In this document: positions 1 to 13,279 of the stretch, one piece after another | Position numbering within the stretch: position 1 is the stretch's first letter | Layout: every line of letters begins with the position of its first letter | Source: Octopus vulgaris | Taxonomy: Eukaryota | Assembly: GCA_951406725.2 (NCBI GenBank) | Contig: OX597815.1 | Coordinates: 22,072,001-22,136,000 of the forward strand | Direction: 5' to 3' | DNA length: 64,000 nt | The notes under the pieces: model-generated | What the model saw: only the letters and a program-made list of their open reading frames with translations | Database searches by the model: none | Told to the model about the DNA's origin: nothing | Program-made: the position numbers and the translations under genes

Positions 1-15
1 TAAAAGAAGCCCGTC

Positions 16-114
<99 letters not shown>

Positions 115-320
115 TCTGTGTTTGTCCCCCACCATCGCTTTGCAACCGACGTCGGTGTGTTTACGTCCTCGTAATTTAGCGGTTCGGCAAAAGAGATCGA
201 CAGAGTAAGTACTAGGTTTACAAAGAATAAGTGCTGGGGTCGATTTCTTCGACTAACGGCAGAGTTCTAGCATGGCAGCTGTCGAATGACTGAACCAAGT
301 AATAGAATAAAGAATAAACG
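1..320 (+). mobile_element. SINE family C, 3' part with internal (TA)n(TG)n
   Basis: Matches the 3' half of the other family C copies. Confidence 0.75.
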
Positions 321-821
321 AATATGCACAAATAGATAGATTGATTGACAGATAGACAGACAGATAGCTAGATCGATCGATAAATAGATAGATATACAAG
401 CATGGCCCTTAGCTTAAGATATTTGGATATATCGTTAAAAGATAAATATGTAGAATAAAATTTAAAATAACTCATGTATCATGTATACGAAATGATAAGA
501 ATAAGTGAAGCAACGTGTTTATAAAGCTATTATTTAGTTATAATTACTGAAAATGTCAAAAGAAAGACATTGACTTAAACACTCATTAGTAGGACATTCA
601 TTTGCCACGCCAGGTCTCGCTCTCATGAGAATATCCTACACAGGTCGGAACGATATGGATATGTAACGAAATACCAAAGGTCTAGGCTAAAAGCAGCAGC
701 AGCAGCAGCAGTAGTAGCAGTAGTAGTAATAGTAGTAATAGTAGCAGCAGCAGTACAACAACAGCACGTCACAAATCCTAGATATTCAGCAAGATCATCG
801 AGCATCTATATTATCGCTTAA

Positions 822-1215
822 TCTCTCTCTATATAAAGCTGAAGTTTTTCTGTGTATGGCAGGTTTGGTAGCCTTCAACTAACACTATCACCTCCGAGAC
901 CCAGCGGCGCAAGTTGACCAAAATTGAAAGTATGATAGAAGAAGGCTTGCTCTTCCTTCCGTAGAAGAAAAAATTCAAATCGGACCATCTTAACACCAAA
1001 TATTATTTACACCAAAAAGGTGCTTTTTTTTTTCTATGAAAATCCGTTTTTTACGGTTTTTTGACTGCTGTGCCGCCATTTTTCAGTGTATTTCAACCAG
1101 AAAAATGTTCACTTAAAGAGAATAACAAGCTACATAATGCACAATTTTTACTTTACAAAAATTCCAATTCTAAAGGGTCGAAACAAACCCGAGCAACGCC
1201 GGGCGATACTGCTAG
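822..1215 (+). mobile_element. Non-autonomous Helitron-like element
   Basis: 5' TC, 3' hairpin CCCGAGCAACGCCGGG then CTAG, in an A|T site; 3' end shared with copies at 30089, 36779 and 54638. Confidence 0.7.
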
Positions 1216-1452
1216 TTAGATAATATAGTTCTAGACGTACGATATCTAAAGAAAAAGGCATGGTTGTCAACTCTAGATTTGATCAAAGGTCTGCCCCGTC
1301 AGGCCTGGCGAGGAGATAAACAGGCAAGTAAAATGACAAATGTATTAGGTTTACACAACACTCTGTTCATTGTGTTATTATAATGCTCCGTTTTTGCAGG
1401 TTAGAATATAGATGCACTTTTTATATGAATTTCCGTCTTGAGGCTCAAAGTA

Positions 1453-2733
1453 TTGGGTTGTCCGGGAAGTTCGTGCCGATTTATAGTAGCTTACCTTTCG
1501 ACTTATTTTAGAACATGGTTGAGTCCATAAAATAGGATTTGACTACATCTGCATTTAGAGCACAGTGTAAGCTAACTTTTCGCGGAAGAAGGTTTATGTT
1601 CCTATAACCTGTGTTAATTCTGTAACCCTTTAAAATGGAAGATAAGAAAGTTCATTTTCGGCACTTGATGCTTTTCTTTTTCCGCTAAGGGAAAAATGCC
1701 TCACAAGCAACCAAAGTAATATGCGCAGTTTACGGTGATGTTTCTTTATCCGAAAGAACTGTAGGGAAGTGGTTTGCAAGGTTCCGAGCTAGAAATTGTA
1801 GTCTTATTGATAAAGGGCGATCAGGCAGATCATCCACTACAGATGATGACCAAATCAAGTCATTAATTGAGATTAACCCACATTGCACAACCCGGGAATT
1901 GGCAGAAAGCCCCAACCTATCAAAATCCGTCGTTCATGAGCATCTGGTAAAGCTTGGGTACACAAATCGCTACGATGTTTGGGTACCACATGAGTTGAGT
2001 GAGAAGAACCTTTTGGATCGCATTTCTATCTGTGATTCGCTTTATAAACGAAATGAAAACTCACCTTTTTTAAATCAAATTGTGACAGGTGATGAGAAAT
2101 GGATTATCTACCGAAATGTTCAGAGAAAGCGATCCTGGAGTAAGCGACATGAGCCAACCTTAGCCACTCCAAAAGCGGGTCTTCACCTTAAAAAATCTTG
2201 CTTTGTGTCTGGTGGGATTGGAAAGGAATTCTGTACTATGAACTTCTCCCAAGTAACCAGACAATTAATTTTGAGAAATACTGCACACAACTGGACGAGT
2301 TAAAAGCAGCAATTCAAGAGAAACGTCCAGAATTGGCCAACAGGAAGAGTGTTGTTTTCCAACATGATAATTCAAGACCGCACGTTTCTTTGGGAACCAG
2401 ACAAAAATTGCTGCAGCTCGGCTGGGATGTGTTACTCCACCCTCCATATTCACCAGATATTGCTCCTTCGGATTTCCACTTATTCAGGTCTCTGCAGAAT
2501 AGTCTTAATGATAAAATTTCATTTCCTTGGAAGACGTAAAAGATACCTTGGTGAATTCTTTGCCATGAAACCACCTCAATTCTGGGAAGAGGGTATTTTC
2601 AAGTTAAAGGAAAGGTGGAGACGCATTGTGCAACAAGATGGTTCATATTTGGTTGATTAAAAATGTAATGGCAAGTATTTATTGACCTTTTTATTTCCTT
2701 TAAAAATCGGCACGAAGTTTCCGGACAACCCAA
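1453..2733 (+). mobile_element. Full-length mariner transposon (mellifera-subfamily-like) with decayed transposase
   Basis: 30-bp TIRs (TTGGGTTGTCCGGGAAGTTCGTGCCGATTT, 2 mismatches) and TA duplication; 1281 bp. Confidence 0.95.
1635..2660 (+). pseudogene. Mariner D,D34D transposase pseudogene
   Basis: MEDKKVHFRH start; WVPHEL, TGDEKW, HDNSRPH, YSPDIAPSDF motifs; early in-frame TAA and two frameshifts (near 2190 and 2520). Confidence 0.93.
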
Positions 2734-3912
2734 TAATATCCATTAGAAATATGAAAATATTGGAACCACTCCAAGTATTACACTGTTTTGTTCTTCAACA
2801 CCTCTATGCTTGACATTATAACAGTAATTTTCACGACTGACATCTTGAGTTTACCACGCCTAGTTTTATGTATGAAGGCTAAAATGCTAAAACATGTCGA
2901 TTATCTAAATTCTGTTAAAATGTTTACAAGACGGTATAGCAACAGTCATATGGATCATGTTGACCTAATGTAGATACACTATAACACACGCCTGAAATAT
3001 TGTTATAGGCTAAACCCTACTTCACATAGTAAATATTTAAATGCCTGTTTGTTATTCGCCATTCATGTGCAAATAAATAAAGAGCAGCAAATAATATTTG
3101 ACATAGCAAAAATAACTGGATGAGAAAATACGCATAAAGCCAGGCTTACTTTTGCAAAATATGTAAATTTGTATTTCTGACTTTGCTACGTACTGTAAAC
3201 ACAGCATAATATACAATGGAAAAATTTTTGAGTTTGTATTCCAAGAGAATCAAAACAATTATGTGTGGCAAAGTGCCAAGTTCCATAACGTTTTCTGTTA
3301 ATATTAGCCATTCATAAGTGCACATGTGTGCGTTATTATATTTATGTGTATGTGTGCGTGTGTTTGTATATCTGTTTGTTTGTTTGTGTGTGTCTGTGTG
3401 AGAGTGTAGTTGAAGTAATCACAGGAAACAAATTAATATTTCATGTTCTTCACTACGATCATTTCAATGGTCTCATAATATTGCATTTGTAGAGCCAGTA
3501 TGGATCTACAAATGTAATATCCCAGCATATTTCACATCTATTTTCATTCCTCCACTTCACTCTCTATTTCGTATCTTATCTAAATTAACTATTGCTTAAC
3601 AATTTTCTCGCACCGTCTCCGATGGATGGATATAATAAATATCCTGGAAACAGATGTAAGACCTTCTATTTATAAATGTTCTAAAATCTTGACAGCCTTG
3701 GGTTTTTTATCTCATTCTGAAAAATTTTTTTTTAATATATGCTCATGCTGATATATGACCTGCGTTGGACTCCTTATTCGCATAATCACCGAAACTGGAG
3801 CTTAACTATAGTCTATCCATAGCACTTACTCAGCATTACCTCTCATAACCTCTCTCACTCTCTCTCTTTGTCTCTCTGTCTCTGTTTCTCTCTCTGTTTC
3901 TCTCTCTCTCTC

Positions 3913-3958
<46 letters not shown>

Positions 3959-3961
<3 letters not shown>

Positions 3962-4562
3962 GGGTTGGACAAAGTAATGGAAGCACCTTAAAATTTCAAA
4001 CAAATTTATTTGAATATGGGGTGGGACCGCCTTTGGCAGTAATTACAGCTTGAATCCTACGAGGTATGGACTCGTATAAAGTTTGAATTGTTTGTGGAAA
4101 CTGGGTTCTCGAGGTGGTCATTAATTTATGCAGTAATTCTGGGAGCTGTACTTTTATGATCCTTTCTAACAATTCGCATAAGAGTCCGACAGTCCCCATC
4201 TGAAAGTTTTGGTTTTCTTCCAGACTTTTGTTTCGACGAGGAAGTTTTTCCCTCTTTCTCAAAGGCTGTCATTACTTTCGAGACACCAAACATTCAGCTA
4301 TTTTCGTTCCGCTAGCACCTGCCATATGAGCACCAACAATTCGACCTCTTTGAAAGTCCAATAGATCTGTCGTTTTAATGAATTTTAATTACCGTTGTCT
4401 AATGATATCTGCAAAGAAACATCAATTTTTGCAAAACATATTAAGTAACAGTAATAATAAATCAAAAAACAAAAAAAATAAAAAGCTTTTGACGGTTTTA
4501 TAGATATTTCAAAATTATGATACTATGATGCTAGGTGTTTCCATTATTTTGTCCAACCCCTG
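3959..4562 (-). mobile_element. Internally deleted Tc1-like transposon inserted at the end of a (TA)n tract
   Basis: About 30-bp TIRs CAGGGGTTGGACAAA.TAATGGAA.CACCT and TA TSD. The minus strand retains the N-terminal HTH (FQRGRIVGAHMAG) fused to the C-terminus (LYESIPRRIQAVITAKGGPTPY). Confidence 0.9.
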
Positions 4563-4929
4563 TATATTCATATATATACACACACACATATATATTATAT
4601 AAATTATATGATATTTATTTTATGTATATATGTCTATTTGTATTGTGTACACAAACAGTATCGTACGAACATATACACATAATGGATGAGTATATTTCGT
4701 GAAGAAAAATATATTGTGTTTTCATGACTATTAATATAACACTTGGCGAATTATGTGTATGTTATTAGAATTATATATGTCTTTCTACTAGTAATCTAGA
4801 AAACTTGAAGGTCCCATGGTAGCTAAGGATGGCGCCGCTGTATGTTTCCTCATCCAGACGAAACTGAAGTCATATATTTATATCATATTTCTCTCTTAGA
4901 TCTTTGGGAGACTGCCCACTCACATTTAG

Positions 4930-5102
4930 TTTCTTCTTCTTCTTCTTCTTCTTCTTCTTCTTCTTCTTCTTCTTCTTCTTCTTCTTCTTCTTCTTCTTCT
5001 CCTCCTCCTCCTCCTCTTCCCACTGCCCTCTCTCCTCTTTCGTCTTCTACTAATAACAGTAGCAGAAACAGCAACAACAAGAGTAGCAGCAGCAGCAGCA
5101 GC

Positions 5103-5190
<88 letters not shown>
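4930..5190. repeat. Compound microsatellite (TTC)n(CCT)n...(AGC)n(AAC)n
   Basis: Direct reading. Confidence 0.95.
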
Positions 5191-5379
5191 TTAATCAATT
5201 CTATTATTGGCACAAGGCCTGAAATTTTTGGGGGTGAGTGGTTAGTCGATTATATTGTTCCAGTATTCAACTGGTACTTATTTTATCGACCCTGAAGGAA
5301 TGACAAGCAAAGTCGACCTCGGCGGAATTTGAAGACTCAGCAGAAATAGTCAAATGGCAAAATTGTTGAAACATCGAAC

Positions 5380-6908
5380 AATTTGTGTTTCTTTATTACC
5401 CACAGGGGGCTAAACATAGAGGGGACAAACAAGGACAGACAAACGGATTAAGTCGACTGCATCGACCCCTGTGCGTAACTGGTACTTATCTAATCGACCC
5501 CGAAAGGATGAAATGCAAAGTCGACCTCGGCGGAATTTGAACTCAGAACCTAACAGCAGACGAAATACCTATTTCTTTACTACCCACAAGGGGCTAAACA
5601 TAGAGGGGACAAACAAGGACAGACAAACGGATTAAGTCGACTGCATCGACCCCAGTGCGTAACTGGTACTTAATTTATCGACCCCGAAAGGATGAAATGC
5701 AAAGTCGACCTCGGCGGAATTTGAACTCAGAACCTAACAGCAGACGAAATACCTATTTCTTTACTACCCACAAGGGGCTAAACATAGAGGGGACAAACAA
5801 GGACAGACAAACGGATTAAGTCGACTGCATCGACCCCAGTGCGTAACTGGTACTTAATTTATCGACCCCGAAAGGATGAAATGCAAAGTCGACCTCGGCG
5901 GAATTTGAACTCAGAACCTAACAGCAGACGAAATACCTATTTCTTTACTACCCACAAGGGGCTAAACATAGAGGGGACAAACAAGGACAGACAAACGGAT
6001 TAAGTCGACTGCATCGACCCCAGTGCGTAACTGGTACTTAATTTATCGACCCCGAAAGGATGAAATGCAAAGTCGACCTCGGCGGAATTTGAACTCAGAA
6101 CCTAACAGCAGACGAAATACCTATTTCTTTACTACCCACAAGGGGCTAAACATAGAGGGGACAAACAAGGACAGACAAACGGATTAAGTCGACTGCATCG
6201 ACCCCAGTGCGTAACTGGTACTTAATTTATCGACCCCGAAAGGATGAAATGCAAAGTCGACCTCGGCGGAATTTGAACTCAGAACCTAACAGCAGACGAA
6301 ATAACTATTTCTTTACTACCCACAAGGGGCTAAACATAGAGGGGACAAACAAGGACAGACAAACGGATTAAGTCGACTGCATCGACCCCAGTGCGTAACT
6401 GGTACTTAATTTATCGACCCCGAAAGGATGAAATGCAAAGTCGACCTCTGCGGAATTTGAACTCAGAACCTAACAGCAGACGAAATAACTATTTCTTTAC
6501 TACACACAAGGGGCTAAACATAGAGGGGACAAACAAGGACAGACAAAGGGATTAAGTTGATTACATAGATCCAAGTGCTTAACTGGTACTTAATTTATCG
6601 ACCCCGAAAGGATGAAATGCAAAGTCGACCTCGGCGGAATTTGAACTCAGAACCTAACAGCAGACGAAATACCTATTTCTTTACTACCCACAAGGGGCTA
6701 AACATAGAGGGGACAAACAAGGACATACAAACGGATTAAGTCAATTACATAGATCCAAGTGCGTAACTGGTATTTAATTTATCGACCCCGAAAGGATGAA
6801 AGGCAAAGTGGACCTCGGCGGAATTTGAACTCAGAACGTAACAGCAGACGAAATTACGGCTACGCATTTCGCCCGGCGTGGTAACGGTTCTGCCAGCTCG
6901 CCGCCTTA
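5380..6908 (-). repeat. Tandem array of SINE family A: one tRNA-like head plus 8 x 184-bp body units
   Basis: Unit starts at 5571, 5755, 5939, 6123, 6307, 6491 and 6675 (184-bp period) plus a unit from about 5388; head (AAGGCGGCGAGCTGGCAGAA) only at the 6908 end. Confidence 0.92.
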
Positions 6909-7481
6909 AACATCGAACAGTTATGCTTAGTGGTATATCTTCCTGGTTTTTATTGAATGTTTCCCTCGAGGCTTAATATTTCTCACCATTTCAAATTTAA
7001 CTTTTTTTTTCTCTCTCTCTTTCTGTGTAATTGTGATTTGCAGCATTATCTTGTTCGTTTCATGCGTAATATTTTTCACATTTGCTTTGTTTTGCTTCGG
7101 TTCTTTTTATTGTGTTCGTCTCAAAAGCTCTTTTGCTTCTCATATCCCCGCGTGTGATCTGTAATTAAAAAAATAGATTCTATCTGATAATCACTTGCAA
7201 TTTGTAAAAATACGTATCAGATTTACATGGACCATTTAGTTCTGTTATGTTTCCAAGAGTTTGTTTTTATTTCTTCGTCAAAATGGCTCTTTTCTTTTTC
7301 GCCGACGCGGATGTGGATCCTTATTTAAACATTATATTTAGTGTGTAATAATAACCTGTAAGTCATAATATAAAAAATAATATACTTACAACATCAATTT
7401 CTTTCTTATTGCTACTAGTTATTTTGGTTTTGTTATTATCGAATTTATTGCAGTTTTTATGTGGTTCTTCAGTCCGTATCT

Positions 7482-7543
7482 TTCTTCTTCTTCTTCTTCT
7501 TCTTCTTCTTCTTCTTCTTCTTCTTCTTCTTCTTCTTCTTCTT

Positions 7544-7620
<77 letters not shown>

Positions 7621-7646
7621 CATCATCATTATTATTATCATTATTA

Positions 7647-7686
<40 letters not shown>

Positions 7687-7717
7687 GATCATCATTATTA
7701 TCATTATTATTATTATT

Positions 7718-7815
<98 letters not shown>

Positions 7816-7828
7816 CATCATTATTATT
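7482..7828. repeat. Compound microsatellite (TTC)n(TTA)n(TTG)n
   Basis: Direct reading. Confidence 0.95.
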
Positions 7829-7829
7829 C

Positions 7830-10170
7830 AGTAGTCTTATTTTCATCATGTGCTTTCTCTGCACTACCCAGTGCAGCTCTGTGTGCCTTGGGTATGTGCT
7901 ATGGTTTGTTGTGGTGCTCTTATTTTTACTGTATTGAAAGTGTGTTATGTAAGATGTGTGCGGTGCCTAGTAGTACTATTCTCTCTATGTTATATATACT
8001 TGTTACTCCTGTTTTTTTTTTGTTACGTATTTGTCTGAATATTTTTCTATCATACCTAATGCGCCGACTATGATAGGAATTGTTTCGGTTTTTAGACTCC
8101 ACATTCGAGTTACCTCTATTTCCAGGTCTTTGTATTCTGAAAGTTTCTCCGTTTCTTTTAGAGAAACATTGTCATTTGTTGGTATTGATACATCGATTAG
8201 AAAGCATTTTTTTCTTGGTGATCTCTGACAACTATATCTGGCCTATTGGCCTTACTTTACCTATGTGTGTATTGGAATATCCCAGAGTATGGTTGCTTCC
8301 TCATTTTCTGTAACCTTTTCTGGCGTGTGCCTATATCATCTTTTTGTTCTGTTGTTATTCTATAGTGTTGGCATAGCTCCCAGTGTATATAGGTCCCAAC
8401 TCTGTCGTGTCTGTGAATATATTTCTTCTTCTTCTTCTTCTTCTTCTTCTTCTTCTTCTTCTTCTTCTTCTTCACTTTTAATCAGCGTCCTAGGGTGAGT
8501 GAAATATAAGAGATGTTACAGTAACTTGGGGAGGGGAAGTGCCAGGAGCAGTAGCGAAATATCTTTCTGTAATACAACGCAGATATTTAAATTGATCTAA
8601 GAATTTTCTAAGAATATGCGCAGTGCTTGTCAGCACAATCTTTTGGATTTTTCTGAGACATGGTTCTCCTAAATTTCTGATATTCCTTTTTCATCATAGC
8701 TAGGGCAACTGCAATAACAGGAGCAGTTCTTGCTTTCAAATGTCACATCTTTCGCATTTCAGTTTCCAGGTCCTTGGTCGTGCCAAGGAGGCAAACCTTT
8801 TGTAACAGTTTTACTGGGCACCCTGTTCCAATTTCCTTTATATTCCTCTTGATGCCTTCTGATACTGTTCCCAAGTACCTAACAATAATCAGCATTATCT
8901 TAATCTTCTTCATTTTCTACAACCGGGATATTTGGTACTTAAGAGGGTTGTATTTATTTGTATTTTACTCCTTCCATCTTGACTATTCGTGGGTCAAAGT
9001 GGCATACAACACCAACTATATAGCACATGTGGTGCATTTTGTCGACCATCACTAGGTCTGGTCTGTTATACTTTAGCACCTGAGCTGTTTGGATTGGGAA
9101 ATCCCAGAGGATTTTGCTTGTCTCCGACTCCACCACTCTCTGTGGTTTGTGCTCCTACCACGTCTTGCCTCTCTCTGGCCCCCACTTTTCGCAGTTTCCA
9201 ATGTAGCACTTTCGCTATCTCATCGTGTCGCCACAACTTTTGGGAAAGTCTAGGGCAGTCATTCGTGATGTGGGCAATAGTTTCATCCACTCTATTGCAG
9301 ATGCGGCACAGCGGAGACACTCGCTCTTTCCTAATGTTGACCATCCAGTTTGTGGCCAAAGTTTGGTCTTGCGCTGCCAGTATAGTGCTCTCGATCTCAT
9401 TTTTTTAGTGTTCTTTTCATCAGCCAATCCCACCTGTTTCTCATTAACTTCTCTTGTGGCTCCATGGAATTCATTGCATAGTCTCATGCTGCGTAGTGCT
9501 TCTTCATGTCCTTTTCGTATTTCTTCCTTTGCTTTCCCTTTTTTTCTGCTCTCAATACTCCCTTGTTTCTAACTGTCACTAGCAAGTTTTCTTTACTTTG
9601 GGATATCATTAAGGGTATCTCATTAAGCTCCCGAGTTCGATACGTACACAGTCTTCCACACCTATCAGCCTCCTCCCTCCATTTACTCTCTTCAGGTATA
9701 GGCAATCAGTGTGTGCACGGGGATGATGGGTTTCATGCATCGTTAGGAGCTTTCTTGTCTTCTTATCCATCTCCTTTCGCTCTTCCTCTGTCCACTTCAG
9801 GATTCCAGCGCCATACCGAACTACTGCGACTGCGATGCGAGTTTATTTCCGAAATTGTGCTTCTGGCATTCAGCTTTGAAGCAAATATTTTTCTCACTCG
9901 CCTCAGGTACTCTTTCTTTGTCTTTTCTTCTATATCGGTGTGTTTAATTTCATCTGCCGCAGGTATTCCCAGGTATTCATTACTGGATTTAGGTTCAACT
10001 CATCTCATCATTTCACCACTTGGCAGCCATATGCCTTCTGTCCTGGCAAGATTTCTTCGCTTCAAAACCACTGTAGCACATTTTGAGTGCCCAGACTTCA
10101 TTTTAATATTTTTCGAGAAAATCCGCACAGACTGGACTAGGCTGTCCAGTCCGACCTCACTTTTGTGAAC
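7830..10170 (-). mobile_element. Stack of three decayed R4/Dong-like RLE non-LTR retrotransposon fragments
   Basis: RT remnant (SLVQSVRIFS..YLGI..KEYLRRVRKI), CCHC knuckle (CRIC..ETIAHITNDC), RHD, ILWDFPIQT, NRPDLV; three separate C-termini (LLGTAHIL, VLTSTAHILRK, VCLLGTT). Confidence 0.85.
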
Positions 10171-11444
10171 AGCTTCTTAAAGACACAAAAAAGGTTATTG
10201 ATCATGTGTTAAAATTATTTGTATTAGGTTTTTCATTGATATTTATTAGATATTTTTAGTGCTACAGTAGATATTGCAAAATAGTTTGCTAGTTTCATAA
10301 GTGCCTTACAACACTACATTCATAGTAAATATAACCTATGCTAGATTGTGTTTTCGAAATACAAGCATTATTATTATTGTCGTTCTGTCTAATTTTCTTG
10401 TATATTTAGCATCCAGTTGAGAATATTACAAGATGATATATCTTTTTATTACTTGAACAGCTGAAGTATCGAAGTCTTCATTACTTATTGCTTTATTTAT
10501 TTATTTAACTCTGTTTTAATTATCTATCTAATACCACTGTTATATTCCTTCTTAAACTTTTCTTTCGTTTGTGTGTACTGTACTCTGCCTAGTTCATTGA
10601 TTTCTACTTATTTGTAAGCCCGTGTTCGGACTAATTATCTTATCTCTGATTCTTTATCCAATATGATATTAGTGATCTTAATTAATTTTCCTCTCTTCAA
10701 GATTCTCTTGAAGCATTTTTCTAAATCCAATCTCCTATCAATTTTTCAAATAAAACCGTATCTAAAGCAGTATTTTTACTTGTTTTTAATTGTATTGTGT
10801 AACTTGTCGTCGTTCGCACACAAACAATTCTTGATTGTTCTTTCATAGTATTTGTATCCAAGTTCAATTTAGCTTAAAGTTTTAGTTAAAGATGTTAGCA
10901 CCAGGCCGATAAAGAGTGGGAAGTGAACTTTCCATGTGCCATTAATTTTTTTATATAGATAGAAAGTGTTTTGACAATTCTATCTTTTGTCTGTATTTGC
11001 AGAATTAGTTACCATTTGTTCAATAGTGGTGCTACCCTATTCATGTTTACAAGCTTTTATTTGGTTCATTTTACCAACAAAATGTTTTAGTATATATAAA
11101 AGACCGCTCAGGTACCCTGGGGGTTTGAAGTAGGATGGCGATCTTAATTCAATGCTTCAGTTAAGTACACCGACTTTTTTTTTCCAGTCCGCCGGTTTTC
11201 CGTAATATCAGTGAGTGAATTATTAAGTTTTCTATGTACCAGAGGGAACAGATTTCATCTAGGCATGTTATTAATGAGTACACGTTCACGCGGGTTAGTA
11301 CTGGGAAGATTTGCATCTTGCCCTTAACATGCACGCACACACACAAAAGCCGAGCATTATTCTTTCGACGGTGTATATACGTTAAATATGACACATTGCT
11401 CTCTCTTTCCTTCTCCCCTACTCGCTCGTTGTATATATATATAT

Positions 11445-11519
<75 letters not shown>

Positions 11520-12490
11520 GAGGTGGGGATGATTTTTGCAATGTGATTAGATAAGTCAAATACTGAATTCGATGACATCGACTAATCCTTTCCCCTTAAA
11601 ATTGCTCTCCTTCTGCCTAAATCAGTAATCGCTATTTGATGACCTTGCAAAACAACCTTCTCAAATACAACAGGAAGAGGCGCATACCACATTGGTATAA
11701 GAAGTAGCCTCGATAATGTATAGAAGCACATATCACCATTTTGAACAGGATCTTTCCTGGATGCACTATTACTTCTTAAATGTACAACGTTTATAGAATT
11801 AAGAGGCTTTTGTTTTAATGCGGTTTTGAACATTCTTGTTCATAGTAGATGTACACAGATCTATTACTTGACATAAAGACCAATAATATATTCTACTTTT
11901 TCATGTTTATGTAGAAGACTGGCAGCTTTTGACATGGTTTCTGCAAAATCCATGTTTCTTACAGTGACGGTAGATTTTGTTACATTTTTACCCTAGTTCT
12001 TGAGTTTTGTAAATTGCTATATTAACGATGCATCCCAGACAGATGATAAATAGGAATGGTGCAAGCCCATTGTTTTCCTAGATACCTGCATAGGTTTCAC
12101 GTAATGATTTCAGTGTTACCTGCCAGTCATCGTAACCAAATTATTTTAAGCAAAGATTCTACCGTGCCGCTATGGAATCAGTGCAGGTTCACTGCTGTGA
12201 TGACAAATACCTGGAGACAATTCTTCACACCACTTCCACTTGCATCATACTGGTCGTTCTGAATATCTCACAAAAATGCATCTCACCAAACAATGTCTAT
12301 AAAGCAGTCCTTTTGTAATCAATGATGCCACTAATAACAGAGGCATGGATATTTGAGGGAATATTTGAGGCAAGAACTCATTAGCGATATATTCCTATGG
12401 GCACAGCGTTGGATATACATAGGTCAGCCGCGATATACATCTCACCCTAGCTACATGCATGTCAAACATCTGTGTGCATATAAACATACA

Positions 12491-12532
<42 letters not shown>

Positions 12533-12533
12533 G

Positions 12534-12565
<32 letters not shown>

Positions 12566-13279
12566 AATTAGAGATAAAACCACTATTATGCAACTCAAAC
12601 AATGATAGACATAAACCAATACATAAATAACAAATAATACATATATATAATTTTTTATAGGGTATTTTATTCAGAATTTCATTAGCTAACGCAGGAATTA
12701 ATTATATTTAAAGGTTTTTCAATGAAAATCTTGGCTAAACATATTGCCTATCACCTTTTAAATGTCAAATGAGTTAATTAAGATGCCATCTAACGACACT
12801 CTACTTCATAGTAATTGCTAACTAATTAGTATAAAATGCTGTGAAACTATTGTTTAAGGATTGTAGTGATGGATATCTGTATCATAAAATAATGAAAATT
12901 GCACTAAAATAAATGTGTTGATTGATTATAATTTCGTATTCTCTGTTAAATGCCTTTTAGAAAATTAAGGAATAGGTTTTCTCGCAGTTAGCGGCCTCGC
13001 AGAAAAAGTTCTTAGCTAAATATCAATGAATGTAGATTACATAATTATTTATGTTCCGAAATATGCACATTTGTTCACTTTCTATCTTTTGATTCCAGGT
13101 ACCATTATTATATTTATATTATGTATAAATGCAGGTTTTACTGCTAAGATGTAAGAGTTATATTATTTAGCTATCATTCAGAATTACAGAGATAGGTAAT
13201 ACCTTAAATCGGTTCTCCCATCCAATCTTATTTATGACGATATAAAGAAAATCATCGCAGAAATCATTAAAGCACAATC

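Noticed and set aside
5380-6908. Regular array reminiscent of CRISPR
   Set aside because: Units are contiguous near-identical SINE bodies with no unique spacers, in a eukaryotic context.
4842-8498. Long ORFs of poly-S/N/L/I/Y
   Set aside because: Translations of trinucleotide microsatellites; the same applies to the YI/VC/MYVC/YLSI ORFs throughout the window.
11600-12400. Possible very old LINE RT remnant (AAFDMV-like)
   Set aside because: Too degraded to support a call.
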